This document shows positions 10,844 to 20,424 of a DNA stretch of 64,000 nt, one piece after another; the stretch's first letter is position 1; each line of letters begins with the position of its first letter. The DNA comes from Patescibacteria group bacterium (GTDB taxonomy: Bacteria > Patescibacteriota > Kazan-3B-28 > UBA10110), in contig JBAZXK010000002.1 of assembly GCA_041659905.1 (NCBI GenBank), positions 128,593 through 192,592 of the forward strand, written 5' to 3'. The notes below the pieces were generated by a model. It made no database searches, was not told the origin of the DNA, and saw nothing but the letters and a program-made list of their open reading frames with translations. Made by a program: the position numbers and the translations under genes.

Positions 10844-12586
10844 ATGAAAACAAGATCGGACAGACCTCACAAATCCCAGCGGCCCCATAAACCGACTAAA
10901 CCAGTTTATCCCATTAACTCCAAGGGCGTTTTAAGGTTCATTCCTTTAGGCGGATTAGATGGAATTGGGATGAATATGCTGTTGCTGGAATACGGGGATG
11001 ATATTGTAGCTTTGGATTGCGGCATGATGTTTCCCGATGAAACTATGCTCGGGATCGATTATGTCATTCCTGACATTTCTTATTTAAGAAAACACCGGAA
11101 AAAACTTAGAGGAGTAATTATCTCGCATGGCCATGAAGACCATGTCGGTGGCATTCCCCATCTCCTCCCCGAGTTAGGCGTGCCAGTTTATGCCAGCGTG
11201 CTCGCGAGTGCTCTGATTGAGGCGCGTTTAAGCGAATTCCCCGGGGCTAAGCAGGTCAAAGTTTATAAATACCAAGAGAATGATGAGTTAAAGCTCGGCG
11301 TGTTTCGGATCAAATTCTTCCGGGTGCTCCACAGCATTCCGGATAGTTTCGGCATTATTATTGATACTCCCCTTGGCCGAGTGGTGTATACCGGTGATTT
11401 TAAATTTGATTTAACTGCCCCTGAACCGATCACACTCGATTTCGATCGGATCACTAATGGCGGGCAGGAACAACCCCTGCTTCTCCTCTCGGAAAGCACT
11501 AATGCGGAAATGCCGGGTTCCACTATTTCGGAGCAGGAGGTGGTAGAGAGTTTTGATCGCATCTTCTCCGCTTCTAAGGGCCGATTAATCGTGTCTTCGT
11601 TCGCCTCCCGGATTGACCGGATGCAATATGTGTTAACTGCCGCCCAAAAATATGGGCGGAGAGTCACCATCTCCGGACGCAGTATGTTGAAATATTTTGA
11701 TGCCGCCTCGCGCCTGGGTTATCTGAAATACCCGAAAGAATTATTAGTCCCCTTAAAAGGCGTTAGTAAAATTCCCGATGAGCAACTAGTGGTCTTGAGT
11801 ACCGGTAGCCAGGGTCAACAAGGTTCGTCACTCGCGCGGATGGCCTTTAACGAACATACTCAAGTCAAAATTAAATCCGGCGATACGGTCGTGATTTCAT
11901 CGTCCCCTATCCCCGGCAATGAACGGTCGGTTTCCGCGATTATTAATAATTTGTGTCGGGAAGGCGCCGAGGTTATTCATAATCGGACAATGCAGGTACA
12001 TGTCACCGGCCATGCTTTCCAGGACGAGCTCAAGCTCGTATTAGATAAGCTGCGGCCCAAGTACTTTATTCCGGTGCACGGCGAATATCATATGCGCACC
12101 GCCCATAAAAAACTGGCCACTGGCTTGGGGATGACAGAAGACCATATTTTTATGATTGATAATGGCGATGTAGTGGAAATTGATAAAACCAGTGCTCGGA
12201 AGCTCAGGGAAACCGTTCCGGCCGGCGTGATTATGGTAGACGGTTTAGGTGTCGGTGACGTGGGAGAGATTGTGTTGCGGGATCGCCAAGCTATGGCCAA
12301 GGAAGGCATGTTTGTGATTATCGCCACAATAGAACGGAAAACCGGCCAGCTGGTGAGCAGTCCGGACATTATCTCGCGCGGATTTGTCTATATGCGGGAG
12401 CAGGAAGACCTGATCAATCGCACCCGAAACGAAGTCAAACGGATTCTCGGCGGTAAGCGCAAAGGTAAAAAGATGCCGGATGACTGGAACAATATCAAAC
12501 AAAAAGTCCGGGAAGAGATTGGTCAATTTCTCTACAGAGAAACTGAACGTCGCCCGATGATCCTACCGGTAATAATCGAAGTCTAA
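10844..12586 (+). CDS. rnj: Ribonuclease J
   Basis: IPLGGL, HGHEDH, HVTGHA, PVHGE and RRPMILP motifs. Confidence 0.96.
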   Translation: MKTRSDRPHKSQRPHKPTKPVYPINSKGVLRFIPLGGLDGIGMNMLLLEYGDDIVALDCGMMFPDETMLGIDYVIPDISYLRKHRKKLRGVIISHGHEDHVGGIPHLLPELGVPVYASVLASALIEARLSEFPGAKQVKVYKYQENDELKLGVFRIKFFRVLHSIPDSFGIIIDTPLGRVVYTGDFKFDLTAPEPITLDFDRITNGGQEQPLLLLSESTNAEMPGSTISEQEVVESFDRIFSASKGRLIVSSFASRIDRMQYVLTAAQKYGRRVTISGRSMLKYFDAASRLGYLKYPKELLVPLKGVSKIPDEQLVVLSTGSQGQQGSSLARMAFNEHTQVKIKSGDTVVISSSPIPGNERSVSAIINNLCREGAEVIHNRTMQVHVTGHAFQDELKLVLDKLRPKYFIPVHGEYHMRTAHKKLATGLGMTEDHIFMIDNGDVVEIDKTSARKLRETVPAGVIMVDGLGVGDVGEIVLRDRQAMAKEGMFVIIATIERKTGQLVSSPDIISRGFVYMREQEDLINRTRNEVKRILGGKRKGKKMPDDWNNIKQKVREEIGQFLYRETERRPMILPVIIEV

Positions 12587-12599
12587 ATTGCCGTAGAAT

Positions 12600-12896
12600 T
12601 TATTCAGATTTGGCAGTATCTTCCAGATCTTTGCGGACAGCTGCCTGAATGGTTTGGCTATCCTGTTCTAATTTCCGGATGGCTGATTCTTGCATGGCTT
12701 CATCGGCCTGGCGAATTTTATCTACCACTTCTGCTATGGGTTGATCAGCTGCCAAATCAGCCAAGGCTTGTTGAACTGCCGTCTTGGACTGCATTAAATT
12801 ATCAGCCTGATTAGCCAGGGTTTGGGCTTTGTTAGAATTATCTAAAACCTGCTGAGTCAGGTCGGAAATTTTAGATTTGAGTTCGTCGAATTTCAT
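12600..12896 (-). CDS. Small coiled-coil hypothetical protein
   Basis: 98 aa, helical Q/A/D-rich composition; 17 nt downstream of the large coiled-coil gene. Confidence 0.7.
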   Translation of the reverse strand: MKFDELKSKISDLTQQVLDNSNKAQTLANQADNLMQSKTAVQQALADLAADQPIAEVVDKIRQADEAMQESAIRKLEQDSQTIQAAVRKDLEDTAKSE

Positions 12897-12913
12897 ATTA
12901 ATTCTTTATTAAT

Positions 12914-14713
12914 TTAAGGGGTGCCTTTGGTGCGTGTAATTTCTTCTTCAATGGCTTCTTTTTTGCGTTTAGCGGCCTGATGCGCAATTTCCTTAGGATG
13001 TAGTGTGGTAGTTTTGAATTTAGCGGCAGCTTGTTTACTTTTATCAAGCTTTTGCATCAGCGCTTCAATTTCTTTATTTGCTTCGAGTATTCGATGAGTG
13101 TGGATGTCATTCCCCTCTCTTACTAAGGTGTCTTTTTTGTTTTGCAGTAAGTTAAGAGCCTGACTAATTGTCGATGATTCTTGTTTAGCCTCTCTGAGGG
13201 TGTCATCATATTCGCCCGCTTGGGTCAAAGCTTCATCCAGTGCAGCATTAGCAGCGTCTGTTTCTGTTTGTGCCTCAGTTATCAAAAGAGCATCTGGTGC
13301 GTTTTGTCCTCCTCTAACTTGCCGATACTCCAATCGTTCAAGCTTCTTTTGGGCAGCCTCTGCTTTACGCTTCGCCTTCCCGATGATAACAGCCTGTTCT
13401 CTCTTCTTTTTTTCTGCCTCAACTTGTTCGCCCCGAGCTCTTTCTAACTCCAAGCTTTTTTGGGAAATATTTTCGTCCAATTCCGCTATTTTTTGCGTGA
13501 TAGTTTTTAACTTGTCTCTTAAGTCTTCTCTCTCGCTTTGGGTAGTTCGCAAGTCATATTCCAAAGTGCTGATAGCTTCCCCCTGTTCTGCTAAAGCATC
13601 TTTGAGCTGTTCCAATTCAGTGCTTAATTTGGCTTCGGCTATGCTTTCGGGTTGTAATTTTTCTTCTAAGATGGCAATTTTCCGATCTAACTCAGCTTGT
13701 TTAATATTTTTTTCCTGTTCGGCTTGGCTGCGCTTTTTGGTCCTTTTAACTTCTATTTTTTCTTTGGCAAACTTTTCCGCAGCCTGGACTTGTTTGCTAA
13801 AAGCTTCCTCTCGAAGGTGAGTATCTTTTTGAGTTGATTGTTTAGCCAGTTCTGCTCGTAAGCGATTTTGTTCTTGCTGGTGTTGAAGATCCAACGCTGC
13901 TAAACTTAGCAGATCAGCCTGTTCGAAATCAGACCTGCTATCACCCATCCGATAGGCCGTTTGGTCTTTTCTAGGCCGATGCATTTGTTTAATCGCCAAA
14001 ACTATTTCAGTTTCCTGAACTTTTTGCTGAGCCTCTTTAATGGCGGTGCCATATTCTGTGACCAGTTGGGAACGATTTTTATTCCAGTCCGATGTGTATT
14101 TTTCATAGTCTTTTTGCTTATATTGCAAGAAGTGTTCTTGAGCGTCCAGACTCCACTTGATCGATTCTAAATCAGCCATCGCTTCGACTTGCTCGGCTTC
14201 AGTAAATTCTTCTCCGGGCTGGAGGACAATCCCTTCTAATAAAGAACACTGTTGTTTTAACTCTAAAACATTGGCTTCGGCTTCTCGTAAGTCTCTCTCG
14301 ATCATTCTTTCTTCGTCGCGGATTTTTCCTAATTCAGCATAAAGTTGACCTTCTAATTGACGCTTATTACGCTTGGCTTCAAATTGCAAATCTTTTTGGC
14401 GCCGAGTTTCTTTATTCCGGAGCCATGTTCCGATGGGATTGGTCCAAATGTTATTCAGCCGATGAGGGGGGCGATATTTTTTCTCAATACTGGGGTAACG
14501 CTCGAACACGTCTTCGGCTCGAGCAATTTGTTTAATGACATCTGTCTGTTCCTTTTCCTTAATTTCCCTCTCATATAACAGAGGTTCAGCATCTGAGGTA
14601 TCTTCAAATGATTTTCTTAGTCTAGAGGCTTTCTCTCTCGCACCTTGCCGGATTTCATCAAAATCATCCTCTGGGGATTCAGATGAAATAGGTTGTTCTC
14701 TTTGCTCTGCCAT
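12914..14713 (-). CDS. Long coiled-coil hypothetical protein
   Basis: 599-aa E/K/Q/A-rich ORF with its own consensus promoter. Confidence 0.85.
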   Translation of the reverse strand: MAEQREQPISSESPEDDFDEIRQGAREKASRLRKSFEDTSDAEPLLYEREIKEKEQTDVIKQIARAEDVFERYPSIEKKYRPPHRLNNIWTNPIGTWLRNKETRRQKDLQFEAKRNKRQLEGQLYAELGKIRDEERMIERDLREAEANVLELKQQCSLLEGIVLQPGEEFTEAEQVEAMADLESIKWSLDAQEHFLQYKQKDYEKYTSDWNKNRSQLVTEYGTAIKEAQQKVQETEIVLAIKQMHRPRKDQTAYRMGDSRSDFEQADLLSLAALDLQHQQEQNRLRAELAKQSTQKDTHLREEAFSKQVQAAEKFAKEKIEVKRTKKRSQAEQEKNIKQAELDRKIAILEEKLQPESIAEAKLSTELEQLKDALAEQGEAISTLEYDLRTTQSEREDLRDKLKTITQKIAELDENISQKSLELERARGEQVEAEKKKREQAVIIGKAKRKAEAAQKKLERLEYRQVRGGQNAPDALLITEAQTETDAANAALDEALTQAGEYDDTLREAKQESSTISQALNLLQNKKDTLVREGNDIHTHRILEANKEIEALMQKLDKSKQAAAKFKTTTLHPKEIAHQAAKRKKEAIEEEITRTKGTP

Positions 14714-14743
14714 GGATTTCTTGCTTAGTTTTACTATTATTTT

Positions 14744-14772
14744 ATTATATCACCAATAGAGTTTTTTGTCAA
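14744..14772 (-). promoter_or_regulatory. Consensus sigma70 promoter for the coiled-coil genes
   Basis: TTGACA-17nt-TATAAT on the minus strand. Confidence 0.8.
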
Positions 14773-14850
14773 TAAGAGATTAGTTCCAGGGTTTCTCCTC
14801 CTCTAAATCGCTCTATGCTATAATTAACCTGTTATTGAGGCGATTTTTTA

Positions 14851-17064
14851 ATGGCAAAACCCCGAAAAAAGAAAAAACAGTACCGCTACCGTTCCTATCA
14901 GACCTCTAAATGGGTAGATGGACTGAATTTAGATTTGGAATTAGAGCCGCATATCTTACGCGAGATTGTGGCAGTATTGTTGATAGGGTTGGGAGTGTTT
15001 ACTTTACTGGCAATCTTAGGAGCAGCAGGCGGTGTCGGCAGTGTCTTCTTTACGGCTTTGCGGATAGGATTGGGTTGGACTAGTTTTATCTTGCCGGTAG
15101 TATTAGTCGGTGCTGGCCTAGCTTTGTTTTATCCAGTGAAATATAAATTTACCACTACAAATACTGTGGGCTTGATTATGTTAGTCGTGGCTCTGTCGGC
15201 TTTACTGCATTTGTTTGTTGTCCCAGAAAACAGTGTGGGCGTAGCCCAAAGTGGAGCCGGCGGGGGTTATATTGGACTCGGCATTGCCGCAGGGTTAATT
15301 AAACTGGTCGATTTCTGGGCAGCCTTGTTGATTGTCGGTATGGCACTAGCCATTGCTTTATTGTTTGTGTTTGGCCAACCTCTGCGCGAGCTTTATTATC
15401 GAGCCAAACTGAATGTGCCTGCTCTCCCCCATTCACCCAAATTGATTATTCATAATGCGGGAGCGAAGGGTGGCCGAGCGCAAAAAGAAGAAGATACCGA
15501 CACTAAAGAAAATCAGGAACAAATTAAAACAGATGAACCCGAATTAGAGGTAGCTAAGACCTTTGTGCGTAAGAAGGTATCCGAGCAAGAGCCAGATTTT
15601 GTGCCCCAACTCACTACTGCCGGCGATTTTAAGTTGCCCCCGCTCGATTTATTGAGCGACACGGTAACTAAAGTCGATAGCGGCAATATTCGCCAAAATG
15701 TCGGTATTATCCAAGAAGCTTTGGAAGATTTCGGTATTCAAGTGGAGATGTCAGAAGTAAATGTCGGCCCGACAGTCACGCAATACACCTTGAAACCGGC
15801 GGCGGGAGTTAAATTATCTAAGATCAGTAATTTATCTAATGATTTATCGCTCGCTTTGGCGGCCCATCCTATCAGAATTGAAGCACCTATTCCAGGGCGG
15901 TCGTTGGTCGGGATTGAAGTACCCAATAAGAAATCTTCGATGGTGCGCCTGCGCGAACTAATCGAATCTGATGCCTTCAAAGCGATCCGCTCCCCTTTGC
16001 GGATGCCCTTGGGACGCGATGTAGCGGGGACGCCGGTAGCCGCCGATTTAGTGCGGATGCCGCATTTACTGATTGCGGGAGCCACCGGTATGGGTAAAAG
16101 CGTTTTTCTTAATTCATTATTAGTAAGTTTGATTTATCAGAATTCTCCGGCGGATTTGAGATTGGTCCTGGTCGATCCGAAGCGGGTAGAGTTTACGGCC
16201 TACAACGATGTCCCGCACTTACTGGCGCCGGTGATTGTCGATCCCTACAAAACCATTAGTGCTTTAAAGTGGTTAGTGATGGAGATGGAGCGCCGCTATA
16301 AAGTTTTTGCCGATCATAAAGTGCGCTTTATCGAAGCGTTTAACCGGGAATATCCGGATGCCAAAATGCCTTACATTGTTTTAGCTATTGATGAGTTAGC
16401 TGATTTGATGGCAGTGTCGGCCCGCGAGGTCGAAGCTTACATTTGTCGTTTAGCGCAAATGTCTCGGGCAGTAGGCATCCACTTAGTCTTAGCCACCCAA
16501 AGACCTTCCGTGGATGTCATTACCGGGCTGATTAAAGCCAATTTCCCCTCCCGGCTAGCTTTTGCAGTTACCTCCGGCACCGATTCTCGCACTATTTTAG
16601 ATACGGTCGGAGCGGACAAATTGCTGGGTAATGGAGATATGCTCTTCCAACCTTCTGATGCCAGCAAGCCGCGCCGGATTCAAGGAGTGTTTGTAAGCGA
16701 TAAAGAGGTTAAAGCCGTGACCGATTTTGTGAAACAGCAAGACAATCCCCAATACATTAGCGAATTGATCGCTGAAACCAAAGAATCCAAGCAATCCGAG
16801 ATTGAATCCGAAGGCGATCCCTTATTAAATGAAGCTGTTGAATTGGTGGTGCGGACTGGCAAGGCCTCAGCCTCGTATTTGCAAAGAAGATTTCGGATTG
16901 GTTATGCGCGGGCGGCCCGCCTCCTAGATTTATTAGAAATGAAAGGAATTGTCGGTCCGGGCGAAGGGGCCAAACCGCGCGAGATTTTAATGTCGCGCAC
17001 CGAATTGGTGGGGCAAGCCGCCAGCCCGACTGAGGCGGAATATAAAGAGGGCGAAGACTATTAA
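14851..17064 (+). CDS. ftsK: DNA translocase FtsK/SpoIIIE
   Basis: N-terminal TMs, PHLLIAGATGMGKS, ATQRPSVDVITG and gamma domain LQRRFRIGYARAAR. Confidence 0.96.
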   Translation: MAKPRKKKKQYRYRSYQTSKWVDGLNLDLELEPHILREIVAVLLIGLGVFTLLAILGAAGGVGSVFFTALRIGLGWTSFILPVVLVGAGLALFYPVKYKFTTTNTVGLIMLVVALSALLHLFVVPENSVGVAQSGAGGGYIGLGIAAGLIKLVDFWAALLIVGMALAIALLFVFGQPLRELYYRAKLNVPALPHSPKLIIHNAGAKGGRAQKEEDTDTKENQEQIKTDEPELEVAKTFVRKKVSEQEPDFVPQLTTAGDFKLPPLDLLSDTVTKVDSGNIRQNVGIIQEALEDFGIQVEMSEVNVGPTVTQYTLKPAAGVKLSKISNLSNDLSLALAAHPIRIEAPIPGRSLVGIEVPNKKSSMVRLRELIESDAFKAIRSPLRMPLGRDVAGTPVAADLVRMPHLLIAGATGMGKSVFLNSLLVSLIYQNSPADLRLVLVDPKRVEFTAYNDVPHLLAPVIVDPYKTISALKWLVMEMERRYKVFADHKVRFIEAFNREYPDAKMPYIVLAIDELADLMAVSAREVEAYICRLAQMSRAVGIHLVLATQRPSVDVITGLIKANFPSRLAFAVTSGTDSRTILDTVGADKLLGNGDMLFQPSDASKPRRIQGVFVSDKEVKAVTDFVKQQDNPQYISELIAETKESKQSEIESEGDPLLNEAVELVVRTGKASASYLQRRFRIGYARAARLLDLLEMKGIVGPGEGAKPREILMSRTELVGQAASPTEAEYKEGEDY

Positions 17065-17172
17065 ATAATATGTCATCCTCGGGCTTGACCCGAGGATCCA
17101 GGCCTAGACTCGGCGAGGCTGGCAGGCCTGGATTCCCGATCGAGTCGGGAATGACAAAGAATAAACAGTATG
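17014..17172 (+). repeat. Inverted-repeat copy 1 (ftsK 3' end + GTCA-type palindrome doublet 17071-17156 + spacer to ATG)
   Basis: Matches the reverse complement of 20290-20424 apart from 6 substitutions and a 24-nt insert at 17106-17129. Confidence 0.95.
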
Positions 17173-17664
17173 GCTACAGAATCTTCTTTCGATATCGTGT
17201 CCGAAATTGATCAGCAAGAGCTCGCCAACGCTTTAGATCAAACCCGCCGTGAAATTGCCGGGCGCTATGATTTTAAAGATGCTCCTGTCGAGATTAAAGA
17301 GGAGAAAGATCAATTAGTCATTTTAGCGCCAACCGAGTTTAAATTTAATGCGGCGCTGGATATTATTAAATCAAAACTGATCCGGCGGCAACTGGATTTG
17401 CGGATTTTGGGAGAGAATAAGATCGAACCGGCCAGCGGCGGTGCCGTGCGCGTAACCATTCCCCTGGTCGCTGGCATATCGGCGGATCGGGCTAAGTTAA
17501 TCAATAAAATAATTCGAGATCAGTTGCCAAAAGTAAAGGCCACTATCCAAGGGGATACCATCAGGGTCAGTTCCAAAAGCCGCGACGACTTACAGGCAGT
17601 GATGGCTCTATTTAAAGACAAGCCGGAAGTTACTATCCCCCTCCAGTTTACTAATTATCGTTAA
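17170..17664 (+). CDS. yajQ: YajQ-family nucleotide-binding protein
   Basis: SFDIVSE, RYDFK, IQGD.IRVSSK.RDDLQ and LQFTNYR motifs. Confidence 0.95.
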   Translation: MATESSFDIVSEIDQQELANALDQTRREIAGRYDFKDAPVEIKEEKDQLVILAPTEFKFNAALDIIKSKLIRRQLDLRILGENKIEPASGGAVRVTIPLVAGISADRAKLINKIIRDQLPKVKATIQGDTIRVSSKSRDDLQAVMALFKDKPEVTIPLQFTNYR

Positions 17665-17691
17665 ATAGTTTATTTAACTAATATAAAAGAT

Positions 17692-18693
17692 ATGAATCCC
17701 ACTAAAACTTTAACTAAATCTGTACCCACGGATACCCTATCTGATACGCTAAGCCAGATTGAGAAGAAATACGGCCAAGGCGCCGTCATGCGTTTGGGTG
17801 ATGCTAAGCATGCCGAAGTAGAAGCTGTCCCGACCGGGTCACTCACTTTGGATCTGGCTTTAGGCGTGGGTGGGATTCCCAAAGGTCGAGTGATTGAGAT
17901 CTTCGGGCCGGAATCATCCGGCAAAACCACTTTGGCTTTGCATATGATCGCCCAATTTCAAAAACGGGGCGAAACGGCGGCATTTGTGGATGCCGAACAT
18001 GCTCTGGATCCGGATTACGCTAAACGGATCGGCGTGGACACTCAAAATCTGCTGATTTCTCAGCCGGACAATGGCGAACAAGCCCTAGATATTGTCGAAG
18101 CCTTAGTGAAATCTAATTCGGTCGGTATTATTGTGATCGATTCGGTGGCGGCATTAGTCCCCCGGGCGGAAATTGAGGGCGATATGGGAGATTCCCATAT
18201 GGGACTGCAAGCCCGGTTAATGAGTCAAGCTCTCCGGAAAATTACAGCTTATGTGAGCAAGTCGCGGACGGCAGTCATTTTTATTAATCAGTTGCGCATG
18301 AAGATTGGAATTATGTTCGGTAACCCCGAAACTACCACCGGTGGCAATGCTTTAAAATATTATTCTTCGGTTAGATTGGATATTCGGCGGGTCGAGTCGA
18401 TTAAATCAGGCGAAGAAGCAGTTGGCAACCGCGTGCGGGTGAAAGTAGTTAAAAATAAAATCGCTGCTCCATTCCGCCAAGCCGAGTTTGATTTGATGTT
18501 TGCGCAAGGTATCTCCCGCGAGGGCGAACTGATCGATCTGGGCTTGAGCCGCGGCTTTGTTATTAAATCCGGCTCGTGGTACGAGTGGGAAGGATCCAAA
18601 ATCGGTCAAGGTAAGGAAGCGGCCAAAGAATTCCTAAAAACCGACAAAAAAGCCGCCGAGAAGCTCGAGAAGATGATCCGCTCACTCGCGTAA
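17692..18693 (+). CDS. recA: Recombinase RecA
   Basis: [27 protein letters not shown] and GGNALK motifs. Confidence 0.99.
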   Translation: MNPTKTLTKSVPTDTLSDTLSQIEKKYGQGAVMRLGDAKHAEVEAVPTGSLTLDLALGVGGIPKGRVIEIFGPESSGKTTLALHMIAQFQKRGETAAFVDAEHALDPDYAKRIGVDTQNLLISQPDNGEQALDIVEALVKSNSVGIIVIDSVAALVPRAEIEGDMGDSHMGLQARLMSQALRKITAYVSKSRTAVIFINQLRMKIGIMFGNPETTTGGNALKYYSSVRLDIRRVESIKSGEEAVGNRVRVKVVKNKIAAPFRQAEFDLMFAQGISREGELIDLGLSRGFVIKSGSWYEWEGSKIGQGKEAAKEFLKTDKKAAEKLEKMIRSLA

Positions 18694-18704
18694 ATTGCAA
18701 TAAT

Positions 18705-19661
18705 TTAGGCAATAGTAACCAGAGTGTTATTTGGGGCCCAGTCGTACAGCACTTTAGAAGCCTCAATACCCACGCGGACGCAACCGTGTGACATTGGTTT
18801 GCCTAAATGCATATAATCTTCGTACAGTTTACCATTGGTATATAAACGACCATCAACCACTTCCCCTTCGATACGTTTACCTTGTTTAACTTTCCAGTGC
18901 GGTAGGGCGTGCAAACCATAGCCGATAAACCCGTATTCCCTGTTATAGAGCGCCATCCAATTATCCATAAACAAACTGTACTTACTAGAATAGGCCGTAT
19001 CGATGTGGTTAAGAATTTTGAATTTTCCTTTCGGAGTGTTATAGCCAGATTTGCCGCTAGAAATGGGAGTGTCTAACATTACGACATTATTTTCAACAAC
19101 CCAGAGCCGTTGGTCGCTTAACCAAATATAAATCTGTTTGCCCATCGCATCTTGATAGCTAAGCTCATTGCCTACCTGGAGCAACCATTTAATAGTGGGG
19201 CCGGTAATTACAGTAGTACCTAAATGTAATTTGAAGGATTCTTGGTATAAGGCTTTGCGAGTGACGGTCTGAATCGGAATATTAAAAGTAATTGTGCCAC
19301 GCGGGCGAATACTGTCTTGGTCAACCGAGCTACCAGCTAAAATCCGATTTTGGTCGATCCAAACGGAAGTAGCAAAGGGGCTTTTATGGTCGGGAGTGCC
19401 ATCGAAATAAATACTGCTTAGATAAAGCTGGTACAGGGGCCAAGGTTCCGACCCGATATTTTTTAGCTTAAGCGTAAGAAACCCCGGCTGGTTGGGTTCT
19501 AGGATAGGGTCGGCGCTCTGTTCAACAATTTCATATTGATAAGAGGGCAACAGCTCTTGGGCGCGGGTAGTTTGGGCAAAGAAGATAAAGCCGCCGGCGA
19601 TTAAACAAGACGACATCACGACTACACCTATGGTTTGGAAGATTTTTATGTTTATTTTCAC
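18705..19661 (-). CDS. L,D-transpeptidase (YkuD) family secreted protein
   Basis: Signal-like N-terminus; TPKG, GLHAL and SHGCVR motifs. Confidence 0.9.
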   Translation of the reverse strand: MKINIKIFQTIGVVVMSSCLIAGGFIFFAQTTRAQELLPSYQYEIVEQSADPILEPNQPGFLTLKLKNIGSEPWPLYQLYLSSIYFDGTPDHKSPFATSVWIDQNRILAGSSVDQDSIRPRGTITFNIPIQTVTRKALYQESFKLHLGTTVITGPTIKWLLQVGNELSYQDAMGKQIYIWLSDQRLWVVENNVVMLDTPISSGKSGYNTPKGKFKILNHIDTAYSSKYSLFMDNWMALYNREYGFIGYGLHALPHWKVKQGKRIEGEVVDGRLYTNGKLYEDYMHLGKPMSHGCVRVGIEASKVLYDWAPNNTLVTIA

Positions 19662-19689
19662 CGATTCTTATGGTTTTAACTAAGATTTC

Positions 19690-19755
19690 ATTATACCAAA
19701 AAAATCGCCTCTGGTCAAGATAATTCTTGACACATAGGAGTAGATATGATAGGTT
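19690..19755. promoter_or_regulatory. Back-to-back promoters for the L,D-transpeptidase and the small basic protein
   Basis: Minus strand TTGACC-17-TATAAT (19718-19690); plus strand TTGACA-17-TAGGTT (19727-19755). Confidence 0.6.
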
Positions 19756-19795
19756 ATAATGATTTCGTGAAGCTAGGTGTACCTTGGAGACCATA

Positions 19796-20005
19796 ATGAT
19801 AAAGAAGACCAGAAAGTCGGCCATCGCAAAGAAGCAGCTGAAAATCAAGAAGCAATACTGCGAAAGATCCTGCGATTGTGCGAGGGAGGATCAAGGCCAT
19901 TGTCCCCTTCAAAACAATCAACCTATGTCTAACTGCTCTTCGGCAGTGCCCGACGAGACTGTTGCGCAGAGAAAGCCGAGAAAGCGCAAAGTATCAGCGG
20001 CCTGA
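19796..20005 (+). CDS. Small basic Cys-containing protein
   Basis: GGAG upstream of ATG 19796, promoter before and hairpin after; K/R-rich ends and five Cys. Confidence 0.6.
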   Translation: MIKKTRKSAIAKKQLKIKKQYCERSCDCAREDQGHCPLQNNQPMSNCSSAVPDETVAQRKPRKRKVSAA

Positions 20006-20027
20006 CCAAGGCCTAACTAACCAAAGA

Positions 20028-20050
20028 AACCCCTCTGAATCAGAGGGGTT
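20028..20050. terminator. Hairpin between convergent genes
   Basis: AACCCCTCTGA-A-TCAGAGGGGTT. Confidence 0.7.
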
Positions 20051-20073
20051 CTTCTATTAAATGTTTGGCGATA

Positions 20074-20292
20074 TTAAAACAATAACGAGAGGGTGGTGGG
20101 AAGATCGGTGTAATTAATTACCACGGCGCTGGCGGCAAGTAATACTAGTAAAATTATCAAAACCCAAAACAGCCAATGCGCGCCATCTTCAATTTCATCA
20201 GGCAGAACAATAATATAATTGGTTTTTTTGGGAACCAATTTTTTTAGCTTCTGGACTTTCGATGATTTTTTGTCTGATTTAATTTCTGTCAT
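20074..20292 (-). CDS. Small membrane protein
   Basis: 72 aa, basic N-terminus and one TM helix. Confidence 0.65.
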   Translation of the reverse strand: MTEIKSDKKSSKVQKLKKLVPKKTNYIIVLPDEIEDGAHWLFWVLIILLVLLAASAVVINYTDLPTTLSLLF

Positions 20293-20424
20293 ATTGTTTC
20301 TTCTTTGTCATTCCCGACTCGATCGGGAATCCAGGCCTGGATCCTCGGGTCAAGCCCGAGGATGACATATTATTTAATAGTCTTCGCCCTCTTTATATTC
20401 TGTCTCAGTCAGGCTAGCGGCTTG
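20290..20424 (-). repeat. Inverted-repeat copy 2 (GTCA palindrome doublet 20306-20367 + ftsK-derived tail)
   Basis: Reverse complement of 17014-17172 without the 24-nt insert. Confidence 0.95.

Noticed and set aside
13181-14759. Plus-strand ORFs within the coiled-coil gene, and similar antisense ORFs throughout the track
   Set aside because: These are antisense shadows of real genes with S/F/L-rich composition and no start signals.
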